This document shows positions 1 through 9,405 of a DNA stretch of 54,200 bases, piece after piece. Origin of the DNA: an uncultured Chlorobiaceae bacterium (lineage in GTDB: Bacteria > Bacteroidota > Chlorobiia > Chlorobiales > Chlorobiaceae); NCBI GenBank assembly GCA_903942355.1, contig CAJAOR010000058.1, positions 1-54,200 on the forward strand. Direction: 5' to 3'. Below the pieces are notes generated by a model that was not told the origin of the DNA, searched no databases, and saw only the letters and a list, made by a program, of their open reading frames with translations. Made by a program: the position numbers and the translations under genes. Numbering within the stretch: the first letter of the stretch is position 1; every line of letters starts with the position of its first letter.

Positions 1-2
1 GC

Positions 3-341
3 AGCATGCTTCAGGATTACGATCTGGCGCTCCAGATGAAGGAGATGGGTATTGAACGAGTCATTTATACCGACATTAGCCGCGACGGTATGATGCAGGG
101 ATTTGGTTACGAAAGCACGAAACGGTTTGCCGAAAAAACAGGTATGAAAATTACGGCTTCCGGCGGAGTTACCAATGCTGAAGACCTTAAAAAGCTCAAT
201 CTGCTTCAACCATACGGAGTTGATTCGGTCATTATCGGCAAAGCCCTCTACGAATGCAATTTTCCCTGTCAGGAGCTGTGGTATAATTTTGAAGAAGGCA
301 TCAGCCTTGATCACAATTTTTCGACAGCACGGAAAAAATAG
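3..341 (+). CDS. hisA: ProFAR isomerase HisA, 3' part (5' end outside window)
   Basis: Motifs IYTDISRDGMMQG, ITASGGV and VIIGKALYE are typical of the HisA TIM-barrel C-terminal half. Confidence 0.9.
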   Translation, partial: SMLQDYDLALQMKEMGIERVIYTDISRDGMMQGFGYESTKRFAEKTGMKITASGGVTNAEDLKKLNLLQPYGVDSVIIGKALYECNFPCQELWYNFEEGISLDHNFSTARKK

Positions 342-358
342 CAGATAACCGCCACAAC

Positions 359-988
359 GTGCAGAAGCAGGACTTACAGTTGCAGCAACAGATCGAGGCG
401 CTTATTTTCGCCTCTGAGGAGGCTCTTGACCTGGCAGCTATCCGGGCTGTTATCGGCAGGGAGCTCCGTGCCGTCGAGCTTCAGGCCATTGTTGAGTGTC
501 TCAACCGGGAGTATGAAGCGAGCGGAAGAAGTTTTCAGATATACCGGATTGCCGGGGGCTACCGTTTTCTTGCCAGACCGGAATTTGGTGACCTGCTCAA
601 AAAGCTTCTTGCCCCGAAGATCCGCAAACGGCTTTCAAGCTCCTTGCTTGAAGTTCTTGCCGTTATTGCCTATAATCAGCCAGTTTCCCGGGGGGAAATT
701 CAGCAGATTCGCGGTTCGAGTCCTGATTACGCTCTTGACAGGCTTCTGCTTCGCGGGTTCATCGAAGTTCGCGGAAGAGCGGATTCTCCCGGTAAGCCCC
801 TGCAATATGGAACCACCGCCGAGTTTCTCGACATGTTTAACTTACCATCAGTAAAAGAGCTCCCTGAACTTCGCGAGATAAAGGAAATTCTTCAGGAGCA
901 TGAAGAGCAGGAATGCCTTACCCGGCTAAGCGGCGAAGAGAGAGCCGCGTCCGGCAATGAACAAGCAGGAGACGATAGAATAATATGA
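359..988 (+). CDS. scpB: SMC-Scp complex subunit ScpB
   Basis: IEALIFAS, LEVLAVIAYNQPVSRGEI..IRG and PGKPLQYGTTAEFLDMFNL..LPEL; GTG start. Confidence 0.93.
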   Translation: MQKQDLQLQQQIEALIFASEEALDLAAIRAVIGRELRAVELQAIVECLNREYEASGRSFQIYRIAGGYRFLARPEFGDLLKKLLAPKIRKRLSSSLLEVLAVIAYNQPVSRGEIQQIRGSSPDYALDRLLLRGFIEVRGRADSPGKPLQYGTTAEFLDMFNLPSVKELPELREIKEILQEHEEQECLTRLSGEERAASGNEQAGDDRII

Positions 989-1728
989 AAAACAGCAACA
1001 AAGACGATGAGGTCAGAATCAACCGTTATCTGGCCTCATGCGGCATAGCATCACGCAGGGCCGCCGATAAGCTTGTTCTTGATGGCAGGGTTATGGTGAA
1101 CGGTGTAGTGGTTACTACACCGGGCATCAAGGTCAGCCCATCGCGCGACGAGGTGATTGTCGACGGTGAAAAGTTTGCACAGCCCGAACATCGGAAGGTC
1201 TACATCCTCTTCAACAAGCCCAGAAACGTCATAACAACCAACAGTGACGAGAAAAAGCGCGAGATGGTGCTTGATTTTGTTGATGTCGAGGAGCGGGTTT
1301 TTCCCGTTGGCCGACTCGACCGAAAAACGACCGGGGTAATTCTGCTGACCAATGACGGCACTTTGGCACATAAGCTAATGCATCCTTCGTCAAACGTAAA
1401 AAAAGAGTATATTGCCGAGCTTTCTGAAAAATTCACACCAAATCTTTTGCCCCAGTTAACAGGGGGTATGCGTCTGAAAGATACTGGTGAAAAGGTCAGT
1501 TCATGCAGGGCAAAAATACTTGACGAGGGTATGCAGGTACTGGTGAGCATTCATGAAGGAAAGAATCACCAGGTCAGAAGAATGTTCGAGACCCTCGGTT
1601 TTGAGGTAAAACGGCTTGAACGGGTCGCTTATGCAGGCCTTCAGGCAGGGGAGTTACGGCGAGGCGAATGGCGATACTTGAGCCGGAACGAAGTTCAGGC
1701 ACTCTACAAGTTGACGGAAAGCCCATAA
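985..1728 (+). CDS. rluB: 23S rRNA pseudouridine synthase (RluB/RsuA family)
   Basis: S4 domain (RINRYLASCGIASRRAAD), catalytic VGRLD, and EGKNHQVRRMF; ATG overlaps the scpB stop; scpB-rluB is a common gene order. Confidence 0.88.
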   Translation: MKNSNKDDEVRINRYLASCGIASRRAADKLVLDGRVMVNGVVVTTPGIKVSPSRDEVIVDGEKFAQPEHRKVYILFNKPRNVITTNSDEKKREMVLDFVDVEERVFPVGRLDRKTTGVILLTNDGTLAHKLMHPSSNVKKEYIAELSEKFTPNLLPQLTGGMRLKDTGEKVSSCRAKILDEGMQVLVSIHEGKNHQVRRMFETLGFEVKRLERVAYAGLQAGELRRGEWRYLSRNEVQALYKLTESP

Positions 1729-1771
1729 GCCATCAGCCGGTTTTGTTCATCATACAAAACCCAAATGGTTT

Positions 1772-3808
1772 ATGAGAAAGACTTTTTATGCTTTCAAACG
1801 TCATGCTTTTCGGACGGTCATGACGTTTGTTTTCCTCTTTGCTCCGCATCCTGGTTTCCGTGATGCGTTCGGTGCCGAAAATAGTGACTTTCAGGATTTG
1901 CTCGAAAATGCTGAATCTGAAGTCAATATTGAGCAATTGCTCGACCTGATGGAGCAATTGAAAACAAACAAGATTTTGATCAATGACGCCGACACCGGCG
2001 ATCTGCGCCAGCTTCCCTGGCTCAAAACGTTCGATGTACAAGCCATCCTGATCTACCGGCGCGACAAGGGCCCCATTCACTCCCTTCAGGAACTCGAAAC
2101 CATTATCGGCAAAGAGAAAACGGCAAGTGTCTCCCCCTATATCCGCTTTAAAAAAGAGCCCTCTTCCCGTCTGACACCCAAGGCAAAGGCCCTTGAAGTT
2201 GATGGCTCGCTCTATAGCCGTATCATGTGGGAAACAACGCCGCGCAAAGGTATTCTGAATGGCAAATACGCAGGAGAGAACTACAAGCTCTCTCATCGCC
2301 TGCAGTTTTCGGCGCCCCACCTCCAGGCAAGCCTGCTTCAGGAAAAAGATATCGGCGAGCCTGATGTGGCCGACTTTACCTCATTGAGCCTCTGTGCCAC
2401 TGATATTGGTGCTGTCAAGAGCGCGGTCCTCGGCAACTATAAACTGAATTTTGCCCAGGGGCTGCTTATTGGTCAGGGTCGCTATTATGCAAAGGGTTCC
2501 GATCCTACCGGCAGTGTCCGGCTTTCCTCAAAGCAGCTTTTGCCCTACTCATCAAGCTCGGAATCCGGTTTTCTTCAGGGCGCAGCAACGACCCTGAAGC
2601 TTGATCCGTTTGAAGTGACCCTTTTTTATTCGGCCAACCATCTCGACGCTGTTATCAACGATGCCGGTGTCATAACCAGTTTCAGTTCGTCGGGTTATCA
2701 TCGTACCGAACTTGAGTTAAGCCGAAAAGACAACATTACAGAAACCCTTTCCGGGGCAAATCTTCTCTGCCATTATCAGGCCGGAAACTTTAGAGGCAGG
2801 GTTGGAGGCAGCGTACTCTCTTTCCGTTATCCGGTTCCGCTTGATGAGCTTGAGCCTTCTGCAGCAACAAGTACGCTCTCTTCAGCAACCCTCTGCGGTC
2901 TTGAAACGGATCTCTCCCTTGGCCATGCAGCTCTCTTTGCTGAAGCCGCATTTTCCCAAAGACCTGACGATGCCTCGTGGACAGCAGGAGCGGAGTATGA
3001 GATTCTTCATGGACTCAGCACGGTTGCCGCTGTCCGGCAGTATGGAGCCCGCTATTATTCCCCTTTTGCCGGGGCGTTTGCCGAAAGGGGCAGCGGAGCC
3101 TCAAATGAACAGGGATACTATGTCGGCCTTAATGCAAAGATAAGCAACCGGCTTGCAGTCGGGGCCTATTATGACCTTTTTGCCTTCCCCCTGCTTGACG
3201 ATCATTGTCCCTACCCTTCAGATGGCAACGATTCAAGGTTTTTCATGACCTGGAAACAATCAACGCTGTTGACCTGGAGCCTGCAACTTCAGCACAAGGA
3301 GAAGGAAGAACAGTCAAATCAGGGAACTTCAGGCGATCCGCTCTGGACAGCGCTTCCCCAAATAACCAATCGCTGTCGACTTGACTGCGATATGACGCTT
3401 TCCCGGAAGGTTCAGTTGAGAAGCCGCGGAGAGGTGAAAAAAGTGGTAAAGGAGTATCTTGCCGGAGACCAGCCCTTTTACGGATGGCTGGCCTATCAGC
3501 AGGCAGGTTACACTTCAGGAAAATTTGGCCTGAAGGGGCGTTTTACCGTTTTCAATACGGACGATTATGATGCAGCCATCTATGCTTACGAGGATGATTT
3601 GCCTCTGACCTCCTCTCTCGGGATGTACAATGGGCGGGGTAAATCCCTCTTTGTTGTGGCAACATGGCAGCCCTTGCCGCAGATGAAGCTTGGAGCCCGA
3701 TATGAGACAACCTGGTACAGTGACCGGGAAGCATACAGCAGCAGTAACGACCAGCAGGCAACCAGCGCCCCAGGCTCATTCCATCTTGGTTGCTTTCTTG
3801 CATTCTGA
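1772..3808 (+). CDS. Helix-hairpin-helix (ComEA-like) domain protein with probable C-terminal outer-membrane beta-barrel
   Basis: Signal-like N-terminus; INDAD..DLRQLPWL...AILIYR..KGPIHSLQEL HhH motif; alternating beta-strand pattern ending in C-terminal Phe. Confidence 0.7.
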   Translation: MRKTFYAFKRHAFRTVMTFVFLFAPHPGFRDAFGAENSDFQDLLENAESEVNIEQLLDLMEQLKTNKILINDADTGDLRQLPWLKTFDVQAILIYRRDKGPIHSLQELETIIGKEKTASVSPYIRFKKEPSSRLTPKAKALEVDGSLYSRIMWETTPRKGILNGKYAGENYKLSHRLQFSAPHLQASLLQEKDIGEPDVADFTSLSLCATDIGAVKSAVLGNYKLNFAQGLLIGQGRYYAKGSDPTGSVRLSSKQLLPYSSSSESGFLQGAATTLKLDPFEVTLFYSANHLDAVINDAGVITSFSSSGYHRTELELSRKDNITETLSGANLLCHYQAGNFRGRVGGSVLSFRYPVPLDELEPSAATSTLSSATLCGLETDLSLGHAALFAEAAFSQRPDDASWTAGAEYEILHGLSTVAAVRQYGARYYSPFAGAFAERGSGASNEQGYYVGLNAKISNRLAVGAYYDLFAFPLLDDHCPYPSDGNDSRFFMTWKQSTLLTWSLQLQHKEKEEQSNQGTSGDPLWTALPQITNRCRLDCDMTLSRKVQLRSRGEVKKVVKEYLAGDQPFYGWLAYQQAGYTSGKFGLKGRFTVFNTDDYDAAIYAYEDDLPLTSSLGMYNGRGKSLFVVATWQPLPQMKLGARYETTWYSDREAYSSSNDQQATSAPGSFHLGCFLAF

Positions 3809-3827
3809 AGAGGATAGGCTCTTCAGA
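3804..3827. terminator. Hairpin between convergent genes
   Basis: TCTGAAGAG-gatagg-CTCTTCAGA, a 9-bp stem at the convergent 3' ends; weak U-tract. Confidence 0.45.
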
Positions 3828-3832
3828 GCAGT

Positions 3833-4789
3833 TTAGGATACTCCGGCAGCCCGCATCAGGCGGTCCCTGATTGCCCGTCCAAGTCCCCGGCTTGAAGGCA
3901 GTTCGCAATAGATAATGCTGATGCCTTCGGCGTCACACTGCCGAAAAAACCGGAAAAGCTCCTGGCCGTACTCCTCAAGACTTTGGCAAACCTTGAGCAA
4001 AGCAACTCCTTTAAGCGGGCTCGACAAACCGATACAGGCCGACGAAGAGTTTATAATGTTGATCTCCTCTTTCCCGTCCCAAAGAACAATTGATGCTTTT
4101 GGGGTATAATGGGGATACTTCAGTCCCGGGCTTTTCGGCCTCTCCTGCCTGTTCGTTGCGGCATTTGCCGTTATCTCAGGCACAATGGCCTGCAATTGCT
4201 CAAGCGTGATAGCACCTGCCCGAAGCAGAACCGGCTTTGCCCCTGAACAGTCAACAATGGTCGACTCAAGGCCGATAGCACTCGGCTTGCCCCGAAGAAG
4301 GCAGTCGATTTTCCCGTCAAGATCCTCCAAGACAGCCTCCCAGTTTGTCGAACTTGGCAATCCCGAAAGATTTGCTGACGGAGCGGCGACCGGAGAGGCA
4401 CAAAGACGGAGAAACTCCCGGGCGACAGGATTTTCCGGGCAGCGCACCCCGACGGTTTCAAGGCCTGCGGTCACAGAATAAGGAACGGCAGGATTTTTTT
4501 GCAGCACCAGGGTGAGTGGGCCCGGAAAAAAGCGTTCAATCAGCATCTTTGCCGCCTGATTGACTTCAGCCGCAACGGCCGCCAGTTGCCCAGTACTGTA
4601 GAGATGAACAATCAGGGGGTTATCCATCGGACGTCCTTTTGCCCGAAAGAGTTGCCTGATGGCTTCCGGATGGCAGATGCCAGCGCCAAGCCCGTAAACC
4701 GTTTCAGTCGGAAATGCCACAATCCCGCCCGAGTTAAGGATCCTGGCGGCTTCTTCAACTGAATCGGTCAGCGTGGTCTGCATGATCAT
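3833..4789 (-). CDS. sua5: L-threonylcarbamoyladenylate synthase Sua5/TsaC with SUA5 C-terminal domain
   Basis: VAFPTETVYGLGA, KGRPMDNPLIVH, AAPSANLSG and SPGLKYPHYTP; start probably at ATG 4789 or 4783 rather than 4840. Confidence 0.92.
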   Translation of the reverse strand: MIMQTTLTDSVEEAARILNSGGIVAFPTETVYGLGAGICHPEAIRQLFRAKGRPMDNPLIVHLYSTGQLAAVAAEVNQAAKMLIERFFPGPLTLVLQKNPAVPYSVTAGLETVGVRCPENPVAREFLRLCASPVAAPSANLSGLPSSTNWEAVLEDLDGKIDCLLRGKPSAIGLESTIVDCSGAKPVLLRAGAITLEQLQAIVPEITANAATNRQERPKSPGLKYPHYTPKASIVLWDGKEEINIINSSSACIGLSSPLKGVALLKVCQSLEEYGQELFRFFRQCDAEGISIIYCELPSSRGLGRAIRDRLMRAAGVS

Positions 4790-4805
4790 GCGTAAAGGGT
4801 GGAAG

Positions 4806-5435
4806 CTACCGGAAAATGGAGAAGAGGGAGCACAGCGCACCTACCGTTGCACTGGCAAGAGGTATTGCAAGGTTATCGTCTATCTTGAACGGTCCGATAC
4901 GCAAAATAAGCGCCTCGGTCAGTGTTGCCGTTATCGCCATGATAATGCCGATCATCAGATTCAGCCCGGGGACAATACTAACTACAGCCAGTGCGGAGAG
5001 AAAAAACGCAGCACTTCCCTCAACACTTTTCTGTCCAAACCGGTGTTTTCCGAAACTTTTTCCGATGATGGCCGCGAGGGTATCTGAAACAGCAACCAGG
5101 CTGAAGGCGGTAACGGCAATAATCTTAGGAAAAAAAAGCACCAGAAGCACTGCTGCCATAACAATATAGGTAGCTCCATTCAAGTGCATTTTTGTTCTCT
5201 CGAGTTCATGCGTTCTCAGCATCGAATCGAAGGTATGGTGATACCATTTCGAAACCGGTGCAAAAAAATTTTTCAGCAGGTCAATCAGAAAAAAACCTGA
5301 AAAAAGCGGGAGAAGGAGAAGAAGGGCAAGTTCGCGGCTGATAAACCAGTAAATAATCGGGATTGAAAGAGAGGAGATATGAATTGCTTTTCGCGCAACT
5401 TCATATCTGAGTTCCAGCTGGTCAATTTCTTCCAT
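4806..5435 (-). CDS. Dolichol/phytol (polyprenol) kinase family membrane protein
   Basis: RKAIH, DTLAAIIGKSFGKHR, KSVEGS and IDDNLAIPL CTP-kinase motifs; multiple TM helices; start taken at MEEIDQ. Confidence 0.82.
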   Translation of the reverse strand: MEEIDQLELRYEVARKAIHISSLSIPIIYWFISRELALLLLLPLFSGFFLIDLLKNFFAPVSKWYHHTFDSMLRTHELERTKMHLNGATYIVMAAVLLVLFFPKIIAVTAFSLVAVSDTLAAIIGKSFGKHRFGQKSVEGSAAFFLSALAVVSIVPGLNLMIGIIMAITATLTEALILRIGPFKIDDNLAIPLASATVGALCSLFSIFR

Positions 5436-5472
5436 AAGGTAAAAAGGCGCAGTGCAAGTGTCGGAATACGTG

Positions 5473-5523
5473 ATGTTCACCAGTGAAACTGCCATAACAT
5501 ATGGCGGTTTCACTGGTGAATAT
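5473..5523. repeat. 24-bp inverted repeat (stem-loop) in the divergent intergenic region
   Basis: ATGTTCACCAGTGAAACTGCCATA-aca-TATGGCGGTTTCACTGGTGAATAT; the only two deviations are G:U-compatible on the + strand. Confidence 0.85.
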
Positions 5524-5651
5524 ACAACGAAATCCCCGTAAGCAGAAAAGTTCTGCCCCTCCTTCAGCCTCTTCATTTCCGAACTTTTCCTTTTCCCTTT
5601 CAAAACGTGTACTTTGTACTGATTTTTAAAATTGGATTTTGACTTATTGGT

Positions 5652-7211
5652 ATGAAGAGTGAAAAATTGAGAGTTGCCGCTATTGATCTCGGCACCAATT
5701 CCTTCCACATGATTATTGTCGAAGAGAACAAGGAAAAGGGGATTATCGAAATTGATCGTGTCAAAGATATGATCTGTATCGGTCGTGGCAGCATTTCCAC
5801 GAAAATGCTCAATGAAGAGGCAATGCTGTCGGGAATTGCGGCATTGAAAAATTTTCTTGTACTTGCCTCACAGCATGGTGTAGCTCAGGAAAATGTCCTT
5901 GCATTTGCAACCAGTGCCATACGGGAGGCAAAAAACCGGGCTGATTTTCTCCGTCGAGTCAAGGAAGAGACCGGTCTCAAGGTCAAGGTTATTTCAGGCA
6001 AGGAGGAGGCGGAGTTTATCTATTATGGAGTTCGCAGTGCCGTAAAGATCGGCAACAGCTCCGATCTTCTGTTCGATATCGGCGGGGGATCGGTTGAATT
6101 TGTGCTCGTCAATCAGAAGGGAATACAACTGCTCGAGAGCCGTAAAATCGGTGTTGCAAGAATGTGCGAACGCTTCGTCGCCTCCGAACCCATTGGTATC
6201 CATGATATCAAGATGCTCGAACAGTTCTTTTCGGCAGAGATGGTCTCCGCCGTTGAAAAAGCCTCAGAACTCAAGGTGACCAGGGCTATAGCCTCTTCGG
6301 GTACCGCCCTTAATATTGCCCGTATGATACACCTGATGAACGGCCGTGAGAGTGCTGTTTCGCTCAACAACAGCTCATTTACCCTTACGGAGTTCCAGAA
6401 ACTATACAAGGCAATCCTGCCTCTCGGTGCCGCCGAACGGAAAAAAATCAGCGGACTTGATGAAAAACGCGTTGATCTTATTGTGCCGGGCCTCATTCTC
6501 ATCGACATGATTTTCAGGCTCTTCAACCTCAATGAGATCGTGCTTTCAGATTCAGCCCTGCGGGAGGGTATGGTGCTTCACTATCTGAGGCGCCGCATTG
6601 CTGCCGGCCAAAAACAGGGTAATGAGGATGAACTCGATATCCGCAAGGAGAGTGTTTATGAACTTTGCTTCCGCTGCGGCTGGAGGCGTGACCATGCAGA
6701 ACATGTTGCCCGGCTCAGCCTCCAGCTTTTCGACAAGCTCGCACTGCTGCACCATCTTGAAGAGCCCTACCGCGAACTGCTTGAGTATGCAGCATTGCTG
6801 CATAATATCGGCTCATTTGTCTCAATCTCTTCTCATCACAAGCACAGCCAGTACCTTATCCAGAACGGGGATCTTCGCGGATTTTCCCCATCGGAAATTG
6901 AAATAATCGGCCATGTTGCCCGCTATCACCGCAAATCAACTCCCTCGGAGCGCCACATGGCATACAGCATGCTTCCCCCAGTCAGCAAGCGGGCGGTGGA
7001 TGTGCTCTCCGGCATTCTGCGACTCGCCAATGGTCTTGAGCGCGGCCACCGGCAGAACATTCAGAAAATAAGCGTGGAGATCAAGGGGAAGGTGATGCTG
7101 CTGCACCTCAAAACCCGTTTTGAGCCTGATCTTGAAATCTGGGCAGCCGACCTGCTGAAGCCCTGGCTTGAAACCGTGCTTGGCAAAACCATTGTGCTTG
7201 AGCCTCTCTAA
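5652..7211 (+). CDS. ppx: Exopolyphosphatase Ppx/GppA with HD-like C-terminal domain
   Basis: AAIDLGTNSFH, FATSAIREAKN, ISGKEEA, DIGGGSVE, ALREG, and LLHNIG..HHKHS. Confidence 0.92.
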   Translation: MKSEKLRVAAIDLGTNSFHMIIVEENKEKGIIEIDRVKDMICIGRGSISTKMLNEEAMLSGIAALKNFLVLASQHGVAQENVLAFATSAIREAKNRADFLRRVKEETGLKVKVISGKEEAEFIYYGVRSAVKIGNSSDLLFDIGGGSVEFVLVNQKGIQLLESRKIGVARMCERFVASEPIGIHDIKMLEQFFSAEMVSAVEKASELKVTRAIASSGTALNIARMIHLMNGRESAVSLNNSSFTLTEFQKLYKAILPLGAAERKKISGLDEKRVDLIVPGLILIDMIFRLFNLNEIVLSDSALREGMVLHYLRRRIAAGQKQGNEDELDIRKESVYELCFRCGWRRDHAEHVARLSLQLFDKLALLHHLEEPYRELLEYAALLHNIGSFVSISSHHKHSQYLIQNGDLRGFSPSEIEIIGHVARYHRKSTPSERHMAYSMLPPVSKRAVDVLSGILRLANGLERGHRQNIQKISVEIKGKVMLLHLKTRFEPDLEIWAADLLKPWLETVLGKTIVLEPL

Positions 7212-7212
7212 A

Positions 7213-9249
7213 ATGAAAAGAGCGGTAACCTATGAGCGCATTGCTGCCACCCTTTCCAGAGAAGGGTCGATCTGGCTGGAATCCGCGTTCTGTAAAGAGT
7301 CTCATGGAGGTGCGCTGCTCTTCTCCAGCCCGACGGAGGCAGTGACGCTCTCTGCCCTTTCCGGGTTGAAGCTCTTTTTTCGGACGCTTGAAGAAAAACT
7401 CGCTGAAGGTTTTTTTCTTGTCGGCTGGCTCACCTATGAGGCCGGTTGCGGTTTTGAAGAGCGACTTGTTCCTGCGCATTCTCCCCGAGGGCAAACCGTT
7501 TCGCCTCCACTGCTTGGCTGGTTTGGTGTTTACCGTGAACCGGAGCGCTTTTCAGCCGCACAGGTCGAACAGCTTTTCGCTGAAGAGCGTGCCTTCATTG
7601 CCCGTAACCCGGTTGCCCTGTCGGAGCTCTCCTTCAATCTTTCCGAAGCAGAGTACGCCGCAAAAATCAAGATCATCAAAGAGCACATTGCCGCAGGCAA
7701 TCTCTATCAAGTGAATTTTACCGGGCGATACCGCTTCTCATTCAACGGCTCACCCCCGGCACTTTTTGCAGCACTCAGAGGCGCACAGCCCTCCTCCTAT
7801 ACCACCTGCATCAACAGTGGCGGGCGTATTATTCACTCCTTTTCACCCGAGCTTTTTTTCAGGCGGACAGGATCCCTCATCGAAACCATGCCGATGAAGG
7901 GGACTGCTCCAAGAGGCCGCACACCTGAAGAAGACCGCCGCCTGAAAGAGGGGCTTGCCGGATGCCAGAAAAACCTTGCTGAAAATCTCATGATTGTTGA
8001 TCTCCTGCGCAACGATCTCGGACGGATATGCAAGCCCGGTTCGATCCAGGCAGGGGAGCTCTTTGCAACCGAAAGCTGGCCTACGCTTCATCAACTGGTT
8101 TCAACCATCCGGGGTGAAGAGAGAAAAGGCATCGGGCTCTACGACCTTTTCAGGGCGCTCTATCCCTCCGGCTCCATAACCGGAGCGCCAAAAATCAACG
8201 CCATGAAACTCATCCGAAGCCTTGAACCGGAACCAAGAGGTATCTACACCGGCACCATCGGCTATATGGCTCCCGACCGCGACATGGTTTTCAGCGTGGC
8301 AATCCGCACCATTGAGCTTTCCGGAAACGAAGGGGTCTACGGTTCGGGAGGAGGCATTGTCTGGGACTCCGATCCCGGGGATGAGTACCGTGAGTGCCAG
8401 CTCAAGGCAAAGATTCTCTCCGGCGTCGGCCGCACCATACCCGATGACACCGGAGCTCTTCTGCCCGACACCGGAAGAGAGCTAAAAACAGCCGTTTTTG
8501 ACCCTCAGCACTCTGGTATGGTTCAGGATTCCGATTCAAGCCCAGGGCATCAAGGCCGAGCCGTTGCCGGGTGCAGCCTGAAAAACGTTGAACTGTTTGA
8601 AAGCATCCTCTGGTGCGGCAGCTATCTCTGGCACAAAGAGCATCTCCAGCGGCTTGCAGCATCCGCCACTGCCCTCGGCTTCGCCTGCGACAGAGCCGCC
8701 GCAGCCCTCCAGCTCAGCCAGCTCGAAGAGGAGCTCCGGCACATTATCCTCCTTGCCGGAGAGCCGCAAAAAACCGCCACACGCTTCAAGGTACGGCTCA
8801 GCCTCACCTTTCAAGGAGCCATCAGCGTCAGTTATGAGCCGATTTCCGTGCCCGGTTCCACCGCTCCGCTTCGCCTCTCTCTTGCAGGAGAGCGAACCGA
8901 CTCAACGAACCCCTTGCTCTATCACAAAACCACCGCCAGGGAATTCTACGATCACAGCCTGCTCCTTGCTCGGCAAAACGGCTATGACGAAGTTATTTTT
9001 CTCAATGAGCGCGACGAGCTCACCGAAGGGGCCATCAGCACCATTTTTATCCGTCAAGGCCGCCAGCTCATTACCCCGCCGCTCCACTCCGGCCTGCTCA
9101 ACGGCATATACCGCAGCTACATTCTCTCCACCCGCCTCTTCGCAGCCGAAAAAACCCTCACCCTCAAGGATCTCGAAGCCGCCGAAACCATCTACATCGC
9201 CAACTCAGTCCGCGGCCTCCGCCCCGCCCACTTCCCACATCCCACATAA
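7213..9249 (+). CDS. pabB: Aminodeoxychorismate synthase component I fused to ADC lyase (class IV aminotransferase)
   Basis: YQVN, FSPELF, PMKGT, AENLMIVDLLRNDL, SGSITGAPK and GGGIVWDS, followed by HKTT, TEGAISTIF, GLLNGIYR and NSVRG (PabC-like); start at ATG 7213. Confidence 0.9.
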   Translation: MKRAVTYERIAATLSREGSIWLESAFCKESHGGALLFSSPTEAVTLSALSGLKLFFRTLEEKLAEGFFLVGWLTYEAGCGFEERLVPAHSPRGQTVSPPLLGWFGVYREPERFSAAQVEQLFAEERAFIARNPVALSELSFNLSEAEYAAKIKIIKEHIAAGNLYQVNFTGRYRFSFNGSPPALFAALRGAQPSSYTTCINSGGRIIHSFSPELFFRRTGSLIETMPMKGTAPRGRTPEEDRRLKEGLAGCQKNLAENLMIVDLLRNDLGRICKPGSIQAGELFATESWPTLHQLVSTIRGEERKGIGLYDLFRALYPSGSITGAPKINAMKLIRSLEPEPRGIYTGTIGYMAPDRDMVFSVAIRTIELSGNEGVYGSGGGIVWDSDPGDEYRECQLKAKILSGVGRTIPDDTGALLPDTGRELKTAVFDPQHSGMVQDSDSSPGHQGRAVAGCSLKNVELFESILWCGSYLWHKEHLQRLAASATALGFACDRAAAALQLSQLEEELRHIILLAGEPQKTATRFKVRLSLTFQGAISVSYEPISVPGSTAPLRLSLAGERTDSTNPLLYHKTTAREFYDHSLLLARQNGYDEVIFLNERDELTEGAISTIFIRQGRQLITPPLHSGLLNGIYRSYILSTRLFAAEKTLTLKDLEAAETIYIANSVRGLRPAHFPHPT

Positions 9250-9275
9250 CCCATCTCACCTAACACCTAACCCCT
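9234..9275 (+). repeat. Degenerate heptamer tandem tract (6 units)
   Basis: cccacat|cccacat|aacccat|ctcacct|aacacct|aacccct spanning the pabB stop. Confidence 0.6.
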
Positions 9276-9405
9276 CCCGCTCAGCACGCAAAGCCCCATT
9301 TTCATTGAGGTCCGAAAAGGCCAAAACGAGACCAAATGATATGATTTCATAGTCTGTTTTGTGTTACATTGTCGAGAAAGGCTTTCTAACCGAGAGTAAC
9401 CGCAC

